A stretch of 64,000 nucleotides of DNA from an uncultured bacterium (GTDB lineage: Bacteria; Krumholzibacteriota; Krumholzibacteriia; JAJRXK01): contig CAZRMV010000001.1 in the NCBI GenBank assembly GCA_964601275.1, positions 205,290 through 269,289 of the forward strand. Reading direction: 5' to 3'. Position numbers and translations under genes: made by a program. Within the stretch, counting starts at the first letter, position 1; every line of letters starts with the position of its first letter. Shown one piece after another: positions 9,083-18,766 of the stretch. The notes below the pieces were generated by a model. The model worked only from the letters and a program-made list of their open reading frames with translations, did not search any database and was not told the DNA's origin.

Positions 9083-10418
9083 CTCCGGACTGCACCAGTC
9101 GCACGACCGGCGCGATCAGCATGAGATTGCTCAGGAACCTTCCCCCCAGGTAAGCCAGGGCGGCCGCGGTGGCCCCGGGGAGGTCGGTGAAGGTGATGAC
9201 CGCCCACAAGACGCCGGCGATGCCGCCGAGTTCGAGGGCGGTGGCCCAGGTGATGGGATCGGTGCGGCGGCCGTACACCAGGATGGCTCGCTGCACCGCC
9301 AGCAACACCGAGAGGGCGGGCAGGATGGAGAGGATCCGGGTAGGGTCGAGGGCAAAGTGGGTGAGCCCCGGTTGCAGTCCGCTGAGAACCCCGAACCAGA
9401 TCCGGGAGAGAGGAGTGAAGGCGATGGCGGACATTCCCGCGCTGACGAGGACTCCCAGCCCGATGGCGAATCTCCGCAGGGGAACCAGGTTGTGCCAGCC
9501 TTCGCCCAAGAGGGCGATCATCGCGTCGTGATAGGCCAGAGCCGGCGACCGGAAGATGAAGGAGAGTGAGTTCACCACCGGGAGCACCGCGAGCGACTCG
9601 AGGCTGTGCGGCGCGTGTCCCATGAAGAAGGTGACCACCGGGTAGGCGGCCAGGCTGATGGTCGAGGTCATGGCCAATGGAGCGTAGAAGCGACCGATGC
9701 TGCGGTAGCTGAGAGTCCGCAGCGAGCTTTCCGGTTCGCGCAGATCGCGCAATGCGCTGCGGGCCATCCACCGGCTCGCCAACGCTTCCATGCAGACACC
9801 CGCGGCGAGGGCACCCGCTCCCACCCATGCTCCGGGAACCCTACCGCTGCGATAGAGCAAGAGGGCGGTCAGCGCCATCGTGGACAGCCGCACCACGGTT
9901 CCGTAGGCGACCCGCCGGGTCATGCCGCTGCGGATGAGCAGGCCCTGGTAGAGGCGCCGGTACCCGATGGCGCCCGGCCAGGGCAGAAGGATCCACAGGG
10001 CGACGCGGGTGAGATGCTCGACCTCCGGAGGCAGGTTCATCAAGTCCCGCGCCACCCAGTCGAAGAGTGGAGTGGCCAGGAGGATGAGCTGGAAGGCGGT
10101 GATGGCGAAGTTCAGGAGGTAGGTGAAGCGCCGAAGCCGGCGGAAGTTGGGCCCGTCTTCGGCCAGCGCGGTCGCCGCGCTCATGATCATGATCACCGGC
10201 GATTCGATGATGATGGCGAAGGCGAAGGCCACCCCGTGGGCCGCGAGATTGAACTTGGGATCGGCCAGGCGGGCGATGATCGCGGCCAGGAATGGCCCTT
10301 CGATCGCCATCATCAGCCAGGTGGCGGCCAGAGGAAGCCAGAACACCAGGATGCGGCGCTGGCTCACGGTTTCGGGGTGGGTGCGGTCTTCCATGCCGCA
10401 GGCATGATAGGCCCTCAC
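9066..10418 (-). CDS. MOP/MATE-superfamily polytopic membrane transporter (12 or more TM)
   Basis: 450 aa, almost entirely hydrophobic helices. Overlaps the ALDH start by 17 bp. Start is uncertain (GTG 10418 or ATG 10394). Confidence 0.6.
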   Translation of the reverse strand: MRAYHACGMEDRTHPETVSQRRILVFWLPLAATWLMMAIEGPFLAAIIARLADPKFNLAAHGVAFAFAIIIESPVIMIMSAATALAEDGPNFRRLRRFTYLLNFAITAFQLILLATPLFDWVARDLMNLPPEVEHLTRVALWILLPWPGAIGYRRLYQGLLIRSGMTRRVAYGTVVRLSTMALTALLLYRSGRVPGAWVGAGALAAGVCMEALASRWMARSALRDLREPESSLRTLSYRSIGRFYAPLAMTSTISLAAYPVVTFFMGHAPHSLESLAVLPVVNSLSFIFRSPALAYHDAMIALLGEGWHNLVPLRRFAIGLGVLVSAGMSAIAFTPLSRIWFGVLSGLQPGLTHFALDPTRILSILPALSVLLAVQRAILVYGRRTDPITWATALELGGIAGVLWAVITFTDLPGATAAALAYLGGRFLSNLMLIAPVVRLVQSGGDHRA

Positions 10419-10556
10419 CGGAAGAAGGCAACGATCAGCCTCGCCGAGCCGGCCGTCTCCCTTGCGAAGCCCTACGGGCTTTTCTAAGCTCCTGCGGCGA
10501 GCCCGGTTTCCACTGTCCCGCCCATCGGCGGTATTCCAGAGAAGAGGTGCTCGACC

Positions 10557-12467
10557 ATGGCCACATCCTCATCCAGCCGCGAGACCCACGAATTCCGGGC
10601 CGATCTGCGGCAACTGCTCGATCTCATCACCCATTCCCTGTACAGCAACCGGGAGATCTTCCTGCGCGAGCTCATCTCGAATGCAAGCGATGCCCTGGAC
10701 AAACTGCGTTTCGAGGCCCTGACCCGTCCCGAACTGCGCGAGGACAAGGAGGAACTGCGAATCCGTCTGTCCGTCGATCCGGACGCGGGAACCCTCACCG
10801 TGTCGGACAACGGGATCGGGATGAGCCGGGAGGGCATCGCCGACGATCTGGGGACGATCGCCCGCAGCGGCACGGCTGCCTTCCTCCAGGCCTTGAAGGA
10901 GGCCGATGAGACCCATCGTCCTGAACTCATCGGCCAGTTCGGGGTGGGGTTCTATTCGGCCTTCATGGTGGCCGAGGAGATCACCGTGGTGTCCCGACGC
11001 GCGGGGGAGAAATCGGCGGTGCAATGGATCAGCCGGGGAGAGGGTGAGTACACCCTGGAGGATGCCGAGAAGGAAACGGTGGGGACCGATGTCATCCTGA
11101 AGCTGCGCGAGGACGCCCGTGAATTCCTCGATCCCCATCGCCTGCGCGCGTTGGTGCGCAAGTACAGTGACTTCATCGAACACCCCATCGTCATGGAGGT
11201 CGAGAAGGAAGTCGACGGCGAAACGAAACGGGAAGACGAGGTTCTCAACCGCCGCAAGGCGATCTGGCTGCGATCGCCGGACGAGGTCTCCAAGGAGGAC
11301 TACGCGGAATTCTACAAACAAATTGCCCGGGATTTCCGCGATCCCCTTCAGACCATCCACTTCAGCGCGGAAGGGGTCATCGAGTTCAGGGCCTTGCTCT
11401 ACATCCCCGAAGCGCCCCCGTGGGAGCAGCTCTTCGGAGAGAGCAAGAACGGGCTCAATCTGTACATCCAGCGCGTCTTCATCATGGACGATTGCCAGGA
11501 CCTATTGCCCGAGTACCTGCGCTTCGTCCGCGGCGTCGTCGACAGTTCCGACCTGCCCCTGAACGTCTCCCGCGAGATGCTCCAGGAGAACGCCCTGGTG
11601 GCCAAGATCCGCAAGAATCTTACCGGCAAGGTGCTCAAGACCCTGGCCGAGATGAAGAAGAAGGACCGGCCGCGCTACGAGAAGTTCTTCCGGCGCATGG
11701 GTGCGATCCTGAAGGAGGGCGTCACCCGCGACTTCGAGCGCCGCGACGAACTGGCCGACCTTCTCCTGATGGAGAGTACCGCCACCAAGCCCGGCGAGTA
11801 CACCACCCTGCAGGACTACGTCTCCCGGATGTCCGAGACGCAGGAAGCCATCTGGTACCTCATCGGGGAAGACCGCGCCGCCATCGAGCGCGCGCCGTTT
11901 TTGGAGTCCTTCCGCTCGAAGGGCCAGGAAGTCCTGCTCCTCACCGACCCCATCGACGAGTTCCTCGTGCACTCGCTCGCCACCTACCAGGGCAAGCCCC
12001 TTCGGGCGGTGGACCGCGGGAGCATCGAGGAGGAGGAGATCCCCGAGATCATCCGGGACAGCTACCGCCCGTTGTTGGTCCACCTGAAGGAGTTGCTGGA
12101 CGAGGTCTCCGAGGTCCGCCTGGGTTCCCGCCTGCGGGAGAGCGCCTCGTGCCTGGTCACCCCTGAAGGAGCGCTGGGGTCGCACATGGAGCGCCTGCTG
12201 GAGCGTCTGGGCCGCGACGATGAGATTCCCGAGACCAAGCGGATCCTCGAGCTGAATCCCGAGCATCCATTGGTGCAATCGCTGCGGACCCTCTTCGAGC
12301 GCGATCCCCGCGATCCGCGGGTGGCGAGCTTCGCGCGCCTGCTGCATGACGAAGCGGTGTTGACCCAGGGCTCCAGGCCGAAGGACCCGGCCGAGTTCAC
12401 CCGGCGGATCAACGAACTGGTGCTCGCCGCGATCTCGGGGGAGGAGAAGCAGGAGAGCGAGGCCTGA
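10557..12467 (+). CDS. htpG: Molecular chaperone HtpG (Hsp90)
   Basis: N-terminus LLDLITHSLYSNREIFLRELISNASDALDKLRF, GIGMS, and full-length colinearity with HtpG. GAGGTG 7 nt upstream of ATG. Confidence 0.95.
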   Translation: MATSSSSRETHEFRADLRQLLDLITHSLYSNREIFLRELISNASDALDKLRFEALTRPELREDKEELRIRLSVDPDAGTLTVSDNGIGMSREGIADDLGTIARSGTAAFLQALKEADETHRPELIGQFGVGFYSAFMVAEEITVVSRRAGEKSAVQWISRGEGEYTLEDAEKETVGTDVILKLREDAREFLDPHRLRALVRKYSDFIEHPIVMEVEKEVDGETKREDEVLNRRKAIWLRSPDEVSKEDYAEFYKQIARDFRDPLQTIHFSAEGVIEFRALLYIPEAPPWEQLFGESKNGLNLYIQRVFIMDDCQDLLPEYLRFVRGVVDSSDLPLNVSREMLQENALVAKIRKNLTGKVLKTLAEMKKKDRPRYEKFFRRMGAILKEGVTRDFERRDELADLLLMESTATKPGEYTTLQDYVSRMSETQEAIWYLIGEDRAAIERAPFLESFRSKGQEVLLLTDPIDEFLVHSLATYQGKPLRAVDRGSIEEEEIPEIIRDSYRPLLVHLKELLDEVSEVRLGSRLRESASCLVTPEGALGSHMERLLERLGRDDEIPETKRILELNPEHPLVQSLRTLFERDPRDPRVASFARLLHDEAVLTQGSRPKDPAEFTRRINELVLAAISGEEKQESEA

Positions 12468-14663
12468 TCAGGGCGCGATGAGGATCGTCGAGCGGGTCCG
12501 CCGAACCCCTTCCGCATCGGCCACCAGCCAATAGACCCCGGAAGCCACCCGTTGCCCCCGATCGTCCCGCCCGTCCCAGTGGAGGAAATGGGAACCGGCG
12601 GGATAGAGGGCCGGCGGGTCGCTGCGGACCACCCGGCCCCGCGCGTCGAACCATCGCAATCGCACGGTCATCTCGTGGGAAAGATCGAGGATCATCCGAA
12701 CCTCTCCCGGCGCGGAGCGCGCGGGCCGTAGGTGGAAGGTGCTGGCACCTGGAGCCGGCGCATCGACCGCGATGGACGTGATCTCGAACCAGCGGTTCGT
12801 CTCCTGGCTCCATGAACTGTCCCCGTCGGCTTCCTGGGCTCCGACCTTCCACCAATAGCGCTGACCCGGAGTCAGATCGTCCACCACCAGGAAGGTGTCG
12901 GCCCCGGTGGCGAAACTCGCCGGACTGGTGAACTGGGCGTCGGCGGAGAGCTCCACGGTGTAGCTGATCTGCTCCTGGTCGGGGTCGAAGGCGCCTTGCC
13001 ACAAAAAGCGCAGGCCCGACGAGCCGATCAGCCGGCCCTGTTCCGGGTACAGGGGAATGGGTGGAGTCGGCGGGTCGTCCACCGCGTTCTCCCATGCCCG
13101 GGCATTGCCCAGCAGGATCTTCCTCGCGGCGAGGCTGTCGGCCGCGCTGGAATAGAAGCGATAGCGCAAGCTGTTGCGCCAGACCTCGCGCAGCCCGTCG
13201 GCGTGGACGCGCGCCCGGTCCAGGGGAACGACCGCCGGCGTGGCGGTATCGACCCAGATGGGCGAGCTGATCAGGTAGAGGCTGTCCGACGGGGCGAACC
13301 AGGTGCCCCCGACGGCCACCGCTTCCACCAGCAGGGCTTCCGTTCGGGGCAGGTCGATGGGGCCGTCGTAGAAGAACTCGTGCTGCTGGCCCGCGGGCAC
13401 CGGCAGGTCTTCACGCCGTCCACCAGAACCGAGGAGGGTGACCCGCGTCAGGGGAGTCCAACTCACCAGGTGCAACTGCAGACGAGCCGACCCGCCCGTC
13501 GGTTGCAGGGTTTCGCCCAGACGGGCTCCATCGAGACGGCAGTCGAGCAACAGGGGGCCGCTGGTGGCGTAGCAGTGCTTGGCCCGGACCGCGTCGCGCC
13601 ACTGCACATCGAGCTTGGGGCGGGTGGGGGCCGCCGGCCGCTCGATCCAGGCGTAGGTGCGCAGCGATCCCAGCGGTCGGAGATCGTGCCGGTTCATGAC
13701 CCCGTCGGTTTCCCCCACGCTGGCCCACCGGGCTCCGATGGCCAGACCATCCAGCAGGGGCTGGGGATTCCAGCGCCGATCCCACCGATTGCTGCCGCTT
13801 CCGGTAGCGACCGCGTGCAGGGTTCCGGATCGGGCGAGCGAGGGAAGTTCCCGGGCGATCCCGGTTTCCGGCCAGCTCCTGGCCGCGGCGATCACGCCTC
13901 CCGGATCGGGATGGGCCTGGTAGACCAAGGGAGGTCGAGCATCCTGCAGGATCTTCTGCAACATGGGCCAGGCGGGAAAACCCAGTCCGTTGGCCCAGGG
14001 ATTCCCGTCGACCGTGACCAGGGTCTTGGCCCCGAGGATCACCAGGTGTCCCCACCAGCCGCTGCGGAACTCCTCCCCCCACACGACCAGCACGTCCTTC
14101 TGCGGCATGTCGACCACCCCGCTCGGCGTGTCGGCCCGGTTCTCCAGAAGGTACACGAGGTCGAGATCCTCGGCCCTCCCGGCCCGTGCGGCCACACTCG
14201 TGAGCAGAGGATAGCGGTCGGGGAGTCCCCGTTCTCCCTGGTGGGTCAGGTGGACGTGGGGATCGGCGCCGATCCAACCCCAGTCGCGGGGAACGATCCA
14301 TCTCTCCACGTACACCGTGGTCTCATCGCCGGCGTCGGAGACGCTGACCGGGTACTCCCCGGGGATGATCGTAGGACCGCCGGCGACGCGGAGGGTGTAG
14401 TTGCCGGGAGGCAGCTCGAGATCGACCTGGTCTTCGGCGTAGAAATAGGGGTGGAAGGCGTCGTCCCGGTGCGTGCGCAGGGTGGAATCGGGTTGGGAGA
14501 ACAGGTATCCCTGGTCAGAGAGGACCATGAGTCGGGCGGCGGCGGGGGCGCCGGTCTGTCCGTCACGGAGAAAGACCCTCAGGGGCGCCGCCCCGGCCGG
14601 GATCGGCAGCACCGCGGCAAGCAGGAGGAGCCCGCGGAGGAGTGGATGTCGCTTCGGTTGCAT
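12468..14663 (-). CDS. Secreted PHP-domain (CehA/McbA-like) metallohydrolase with an FN3-like region and a C-terminal T9SS type-A / FlgD-Ig-like sorting domain
   Basis: Signal peptide MQPKRHPLLRGLLLLAAVLPIPAGAA. WGWIGADPHVHLTH PHP-like metal site. C-terminus ...HFLHWDGRDDRGQRVASGVYWLVADAEGVRRTRSTILIAP. Confidence 0.75.
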   Translation of the reverse strand: MQPKRHPLLRGLLLLAAVLPIPAGAAPLRVFLRDGQTGAPAAARLMVLSDQGYLFSQPDSTLRTHRDDAFHPYFYAEDQVDLELPPGNYTLRVAGGPTIIPGEYPVSVSDAGDETTVYVERWIVPRDWGWIGADPHVHLTHQGERGLPDRYPLLTSVAARAGRAEDLDLVYLLENRADTPSGVVDMPQKDVLVVWGEEFRSGWWGHLVILGAKTLVTVDGNPWANGLGFPAWPMLQKILQDARPPLVYQAHPDPGGVIAAARSWPETGIARELPSLARSGTLHAVATGSGSNRWDRRWNPQPLLDGLAIGARWASVGETDGVMNRHDLRPLGSLRTYAWIERPAAPTRPKLDVQWRDAVRAKHCYATSGPLLLDCRLDGARLGETLQPTGGSARLQLHLVSWTPLTRVTLLGSGGRREDLPVPAGQQHEFFYDGPIDLPRTEALLVEAVAVGGTWFAPSDSLYLISSPIWVDTATPAVVPLDRARVHADGLREVWRNSLRYRFYSSAADSLAARKILLGNARAWENAVDDPPTPPIPLYPEQGRLIGSSGLRFLWQGAFDPDQEQISYTVELSADAQFTSPASFATGADTFLVVDDLTPGQRYWWKVGAQEADGDSSWSQETNRWFEITSIAVDAPAPGASTFHLRPARSAPGEVRMILDLSHEMTVRLRWFDARGRVVRSDPPALYPAGSHFLHWDGRDDRGQRVASGVYWLVADAEGVRRTRSTILIAP

Positions 14664-14699
14664 GGCGTTCGCTGGAGCTCGTCATGACTATGCCACAGA

Positions 14700-17588
14700 T
14701 CAGGGGCCGGAATCCACCGCAGCCGGCTCCGCAAGCGACGCGATCACCGCCCGTCGCAAGGCGTCCAGGCGCTCTGTGTCCATTGTCCCGTATCGTACCA
14801 GGCGGGAGACCTCCCGCGATCCGTGCCACCACCGCTTCGGGGGCCGGCTGAACCAGTCCTGCAGCACCGGGAGGAACTGGGCCCGACGCAGTCCCTTGCG
14901 CTCGACCCAGATCTCGAGCCATTCGGTCAACTGCTGGGCGTCCCGGAGCGCCTTCACCCGCAGATCGGCCGCGACCCGGGGGCGCTCGCCCAGGGACTTG
15001 TGGGAAAAAGAAGCGCCGTTCCAGGTCGCCAGCAGCGCGGTCCCCGGGGCGTTCGGGGGATCGTATCCGGTCCAGGCATCGCGGGGGGCCAGGGTCTGCC
15101 ACACCAGCACGCCCTGCGCACCATCCATCCACGCGCCCAGCACCCAGGCCGCAGTCTCGGCCGGGGGAGCGTTCTCATTTCCCGCGGCCGAATACACCTG
15201 CCACCGCAGGTGGAGGTCGCGCACCAGGGTGCGGCACCGACGCGCTTGCGCGGCGTCGAGGGGTCCCCCGGTGTAGACGATGCGGGCCGCTGAGCCCAGT
15301 GCGCCGCGCAACCACTCCGGACGCGAGATGTCCGCCCGGGTCCACCACCGCGAGGCGGCGGAAGGAGGGAGGTTGTCCCGGAAGAACTCGAGGTAGAAGC
15401 GCAGCGCGGCCCAGTCGGGCCAGTAGAGGGGTTCGTCGAGGTTCCACCAGGTGGAATGGCCGTAGTCGACGCGGTCCTTCATCTTCGCGTTGAGGAAGAA
15501 ATGCAGTTCGGTGTGCGTCCACCCCTTCGCTCGGAAATGGTCGAGGAAGGCGATCTCCGCGTGCTTCAGGCGTTCGCGGTAGATCGGCGCCAGGGCATCT
15601 TCGATCGGGGGAGCGGTCGCGTGGTGCTCCCACATGAGGGAGAAGGGATCGCCACGGCCGGGCCAGGGACCGCGGTAGTGGTAGTTCTGCGGAGTGAGAG
15701 GGGTGGGCCAATCTTCGCGCAAGGGAAGGTAGAGGACCTCCAGGGGATGCGGGTCCCCGGGGAAGGCCGATCCGTCGAGCAACGGCCCCAGGAGGCGGTC
15801 GTAGTCGGACCAGTCGAGGGAAAACGACGCGGCGGACTTCGTTCCGGCCGGTCCCGGATTCTCCACGACGCGGGGTGCGGCCACCCAGGGAGTGAAGACG
15901 CAGCGATTGCTCCGGGCCACCCGGAACTGTTCGATGGCTTCCTTCCTCAGGTGATAGGCGTTGAGTTCGATGCGAAAACCCGGCCGGGCGGGAAGGATGA
16001 ACGGCTGTACTTCGACGAGGACCGGCAGCAGATGGCGGCCGCCCGGTTGCAATTCGACGATCAATTCTCCCCGATAGCGGCCGGGTGGTGTGTCGCGGCC
16101 GATCGCGAGCTCGGCCAGGAACGCGCGGTTGGCGACCTCGGGCAGACGCGGCTCCTCACTCCTCCAGGTCAGGGTGCTTCCCTCCGGGATGGGCACGAGG
16201 TACGAAGGCTGCCACGATCCCCGATCGCGTCGGAAATACCACGCGCGGAACAACGACCACCGGGAGCTTTCCAGGGTATCCCCTCGGGCGGAAACGAGGA
16301 TTCCTCCCCGGATCCGCAGAGAGGCGGGAAGCGAATGCGCGGTCGACCCCTCGCGTCCCTGGGCCTGGACGATCAGCTGGAAGGAGACCGTCTCTCCGCG
16401 CGCTCCCACCAGGTGGACCCGGCGCCCATCCCAGACCCCGTTGCCGTCCCAGGGATTGAGACCGTTTTCCCCGGAGGTGTCGAGGCGTTCGGTGGTGACC
16501 GGGTCGAGTTGGGCCAGGGCGGGCAGTGCCCACAGGCGGGGAGGGTGACGGTGGACGAACTCGGAAGCCCGCAACGGCGGGGCCTTCAGCGGTACGGCTG
16601 GCCTCAGCGCCGGCGAGGCCGTGAACTCCACTTCGGTGGGTGGGGAGACTTCACCGTGCGGCCCCAGCGCTTCGATTCTCAAGTGGTGGGTCTTCGAAGG
16701 CGCGAGTCCCTCGAGATGGAACTCGGTGGTTCCCAGGTCGGCAGGCCAAGGGAGTTTCCAGGACGGCAAGGGCTTTCCGTCGACCCACGCGCGCCAGGCG
16801 AAGCAGGTGGAATCGGGGGCGATGCGCACCACCACGTCGCCATGGGTGAGGGTCGCGCGATCCTGGCTCGGCCGGATCGAGACCCGGGGCGCCCGCCGCG
16901 CGGACGAACTCGTCCTATCTCCCACCGTCAGTTCGAGCCAAGGCTTGTTCGACCAGCTGTTGCGGCTGTAGAAGTAGTAGTTCCGGTTGGCGGGCGACCC
17001 TCCCTCCATCAACGCCACCCCGTCGCTACGCCCGCAGAGGATGGCCTGGAGGATGACTGGAGGGAGCTCGATCGAAATCCAGTCGTCCCCGTCGTCGCGC
17101 ACCGGGGCGGTGGAGACCAGGCTGTTGCCTTCGCCCATGATCACATCGCAGAAGGCCGATCCCGGCCAGGCCCAGGGGCGGCGCACGGAGGCATCGGCCC
17201 AGAGCCAGCAGGCCCCATCCCTTCCCGAATAGGCGCGCGTCGCCTGCCCTTCCTTCCACGGGGAACCCACCGTCGAGACCCTCAGCCAGCGGGGAGCGGG
17301 AGGATGCCGCAGGCGGAGATGCAATCGCGCGGCGAGAAGCTCGCGGCCGCGAAACGGCGACAGGTCGAAGCGGAGGGCTGCCATCTCTTCCACCGACTTC
17401 AACTTGAAGACCGGGCTGCCTCCCGCGCTGGCCTCGCGCTCTCTGGGGGTGGCGTTGGAGATCCAGACATCGGCGGTGGCCGGCAGGCGGAAGGTCCTGG
17501 ACGACTCTCCTGCCGAAGACCGCGGGGCGGCAGACCCGCTCGTGCCGGCGGCGAGGATCAACAGGAAGGCGAGAAGGCGCTGGTTCAT
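14700..17588 (-). CDS. Large secreted hypothetical protein (962 aa), possibly a glycoside-hydrolase-like DUF; co-directional with the PHP hydrolase gene 36 bp downstream
   Basis: Real start ATG 17588 (MNQRLLAFLLILAAGTSGSA signal peptide); the track ORF is over-extended. No confident family. The C-terminal half (WWNLDEPLYWPDW..., HFFLNAKMKDR...) is weakly reminiscent of DUF4091 / GH123-like proteins. Confidence 0.7.
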   Translation of the reverse strand: MNQRLLAFLLILAAGTSGSAAPRSSAGESSRTFRLPATADVWISNATPREREASAGGSPVFKLKSVEEMAALRFDLSPFRGRELLAARLHLRLRHPPAPRWLRVSTVGSPWKEGQATRAYSGRDGACWLWADASVRRPWAWPGSAFCDVIMGEGNSLVSTAPVRDDGDDWISIELPPVILQAILCGRSDGVALMEGGSPANRNYYFYSRNSWSNKPWLELTVGDRTSSSARRAPRVSIRPSQDRATLTHGDVVVRIAPDSTCFAWRAWVDGKPLPSWKLPWPADLGTTEFHLEGLAPSKTHHLRIEALGPHGEVSPPTEVEFTASPALRPAVPLKAPPLRASEFVHRHPPRLWALPALAQLDPVTTERLDTSGENGLNPWDGNGVWDGRRVHLVGARGETVSFQLIVQAQGREGSTAHSLPASLRIRGGILVSARGDTLESSRWSLFRAWYFRRDRGSWQPSYLVPIPEGSTLTWRSEEPRLPEVANRAFLAELAIGRDTPPGRYRGELIVELQPGGRHLLPVLVEVQPFILPARPGFRIELNAYHLRKEAIEQFRVARSNRCVFTPWVAAPRVVENPGPAGTKSAASFSLDWSDYDRLLGPLLDGSAFPGDPHPLEVLYLPLREDWPTPLTPQNYHYRGPWPGRGDPFSLMWEHHATAPPIEDALAPIYRERLKHAEIAFLDHFRAKGWTHTELHFFLNAKMKDRVDYGHSTWWNLDEPLYWPDWAALRFYLEFFRDNLPPSAASRWWTRADISRPEWLRGALGSAARIVYTGGPLDAAQARRCRTLVRDLHLRWQVYSAAGNENAPPAETAAWVLGAWMDGAQGVLVWQTLAPRDAWTGYDPPNAPGTALLATWNGASFSHKSLGERPRVAADLRVKALRDAQQLTEWLEIWVERKGLRRAQFLPVLQDWFSRPPKRWWHGSREVSRLVRYGTMDTERLDALRRAVIASLAEPAAVDSGP

Positions 17589-17860
17589 GCTGGACCAGTA
17601 GGCGGAAGGTTGGCCCCGGGACGGCGGTGGACCCGCCGTCCTGGTCATTGCACCACCTCGCGGCAGCCAACGCAAGGAGCGCTTCAGCCATCCCGCCGAG
17701 CTTCCGGCGGACGTCCCGAGGCTCCTCCTTGCCATATCGCGGGATCGAGGCCACGATGGGGTCCATCGTCTCCACCGCGCCCGGCCTTCTGGACAAGGTG
17801 CCGGTACCCGACGGGAGCGGAGTGTTCTGGACTTCTGACTTCCACGCCGTGAGGCCCTCG

Positions 17861-18730
17861 ATGCGTTGCCGGATCTTTCGCCTGAGTCGTCCACCCCATG
17901 AACTGATCCTGGAAACGGGGGGGCGGTACCTGGGCCTGAGCCGTTTTCTCGCCGCGGCCGGTCGGCCGGACGATCTTCTCGCCCTCTGCCGTGAAGGCTT
18001 CTTTCGTCCCGAGGCGTTGCGGCGATGCCTGGAAGAGGAAGCCTGGGAGGAAGTCGGCGCCCCCGACGAGACGGCGGGTGAGATCGACACGCCTCTGGCC
18101 CGCTCGCAGGTGGGCAAGATCCTCGCCCTGGGAAAGAACTTTTCCGCCCATGCGGCGGAATTCGGGGAGGAGGTTCCGGCCGAACCGCTGTTCTTCAACA
18201 AGCTGCCGGAACTGCTCACGCCCACCGGGGCAACGGTCACCGTTCCCGCCTGGTATGATGGACGGGTCGATCACGAGGCGGAAGTCGCGGTCGTGATCGG
18301 CAGCACCGGCCGCGATCTTCGACCGGAAGAGGCCATGGACCGGGTGGCCGGTTATGCCGTGGCCAACGACCTCACCGCGCGCACCCTCCAGAAGAATGAT
18401 CGAGCGAAAGGATTCCCCTGGTTCCGCGGGAAGAACCTGGATGGCTTCTGTCCGCTCGGACCTTGCTTCGTCCCGAAGGAACAACTCGAGGTCCACGATC
18501 TGAGGGTGCAGGCCCGGGTGAACGGCGCCCTGCGGCAGGACGCCACCACCGCCGACTGGGTGGTGGACATTCCCCACGCCCTGGCCTACCTGTCCCGTCA
18601 CCTGACCCTGCGGCCGGGCGACCTCGTGCTCATGGGCACACCAGAAGGTGTTGGCCCTCTTCAGGACGGCGACGAGGTGGTGTGCGAGGTCGAAGGAATC
18701 GGCGCGTTGCGCACCCGCATCGTTCGCTGA
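17861..18730 (+). CDS. Fumarylacetoacetate hydrolase (FAH) family protein
   Basis: ILALGKNFSAHAAEFG...DHEAEVAVVIG...ANDLTAR...LMGTPEGVG is FAH-fold. Start is ambiguous between ATG 17861 (MRCRIFRL) and ATG 17756. Confidence 0.8.
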   Translation: MRCRIFRLSRPPHELILETGGRYLGLSRFLAAAGRPDDLLALCREGFFRPEALRRCLEEEAWEEVGAPDETAGEIDTPLARSQVGKILALGKNFSAHAAEFGEEVPAEPLFFNKLPELLTPTGATVTVPAWYDGRVDHEAEVAVVIGSTGRDLRPEEAMDRVAGYAVANDLTARTLQKNDRAKGFPWFRGKNLDGFCPLGPCFVPKEQLEVHDLRVQARVNGALRQDATTADWVVDIPHALAYLSRHLTLRPGDLVLMGTPEGVGPLQDGDEVVCEVEGIGALRTRIVR

Positions 18731-18766
18731 CCGGCAAGGGAGCTGCGGGACGTCGCGCGCGATCGG

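Noticed and set aside
10419-10556. CIRCE (TTAGCACTC-N9-GAGTGCTAA) or sigma32 (CTTGAAA...CCCCAT) heat-shock elements upstream of htpG; also a small hairpin AAGCCC-TAC-GGGCTT+TTCT at 10467-10485
   Set aside because: No CIRCE and no convincing sigma32 hexamer pair were found. The hairpin has no upstream plus-strand gene to terminate and only a 4-T run.
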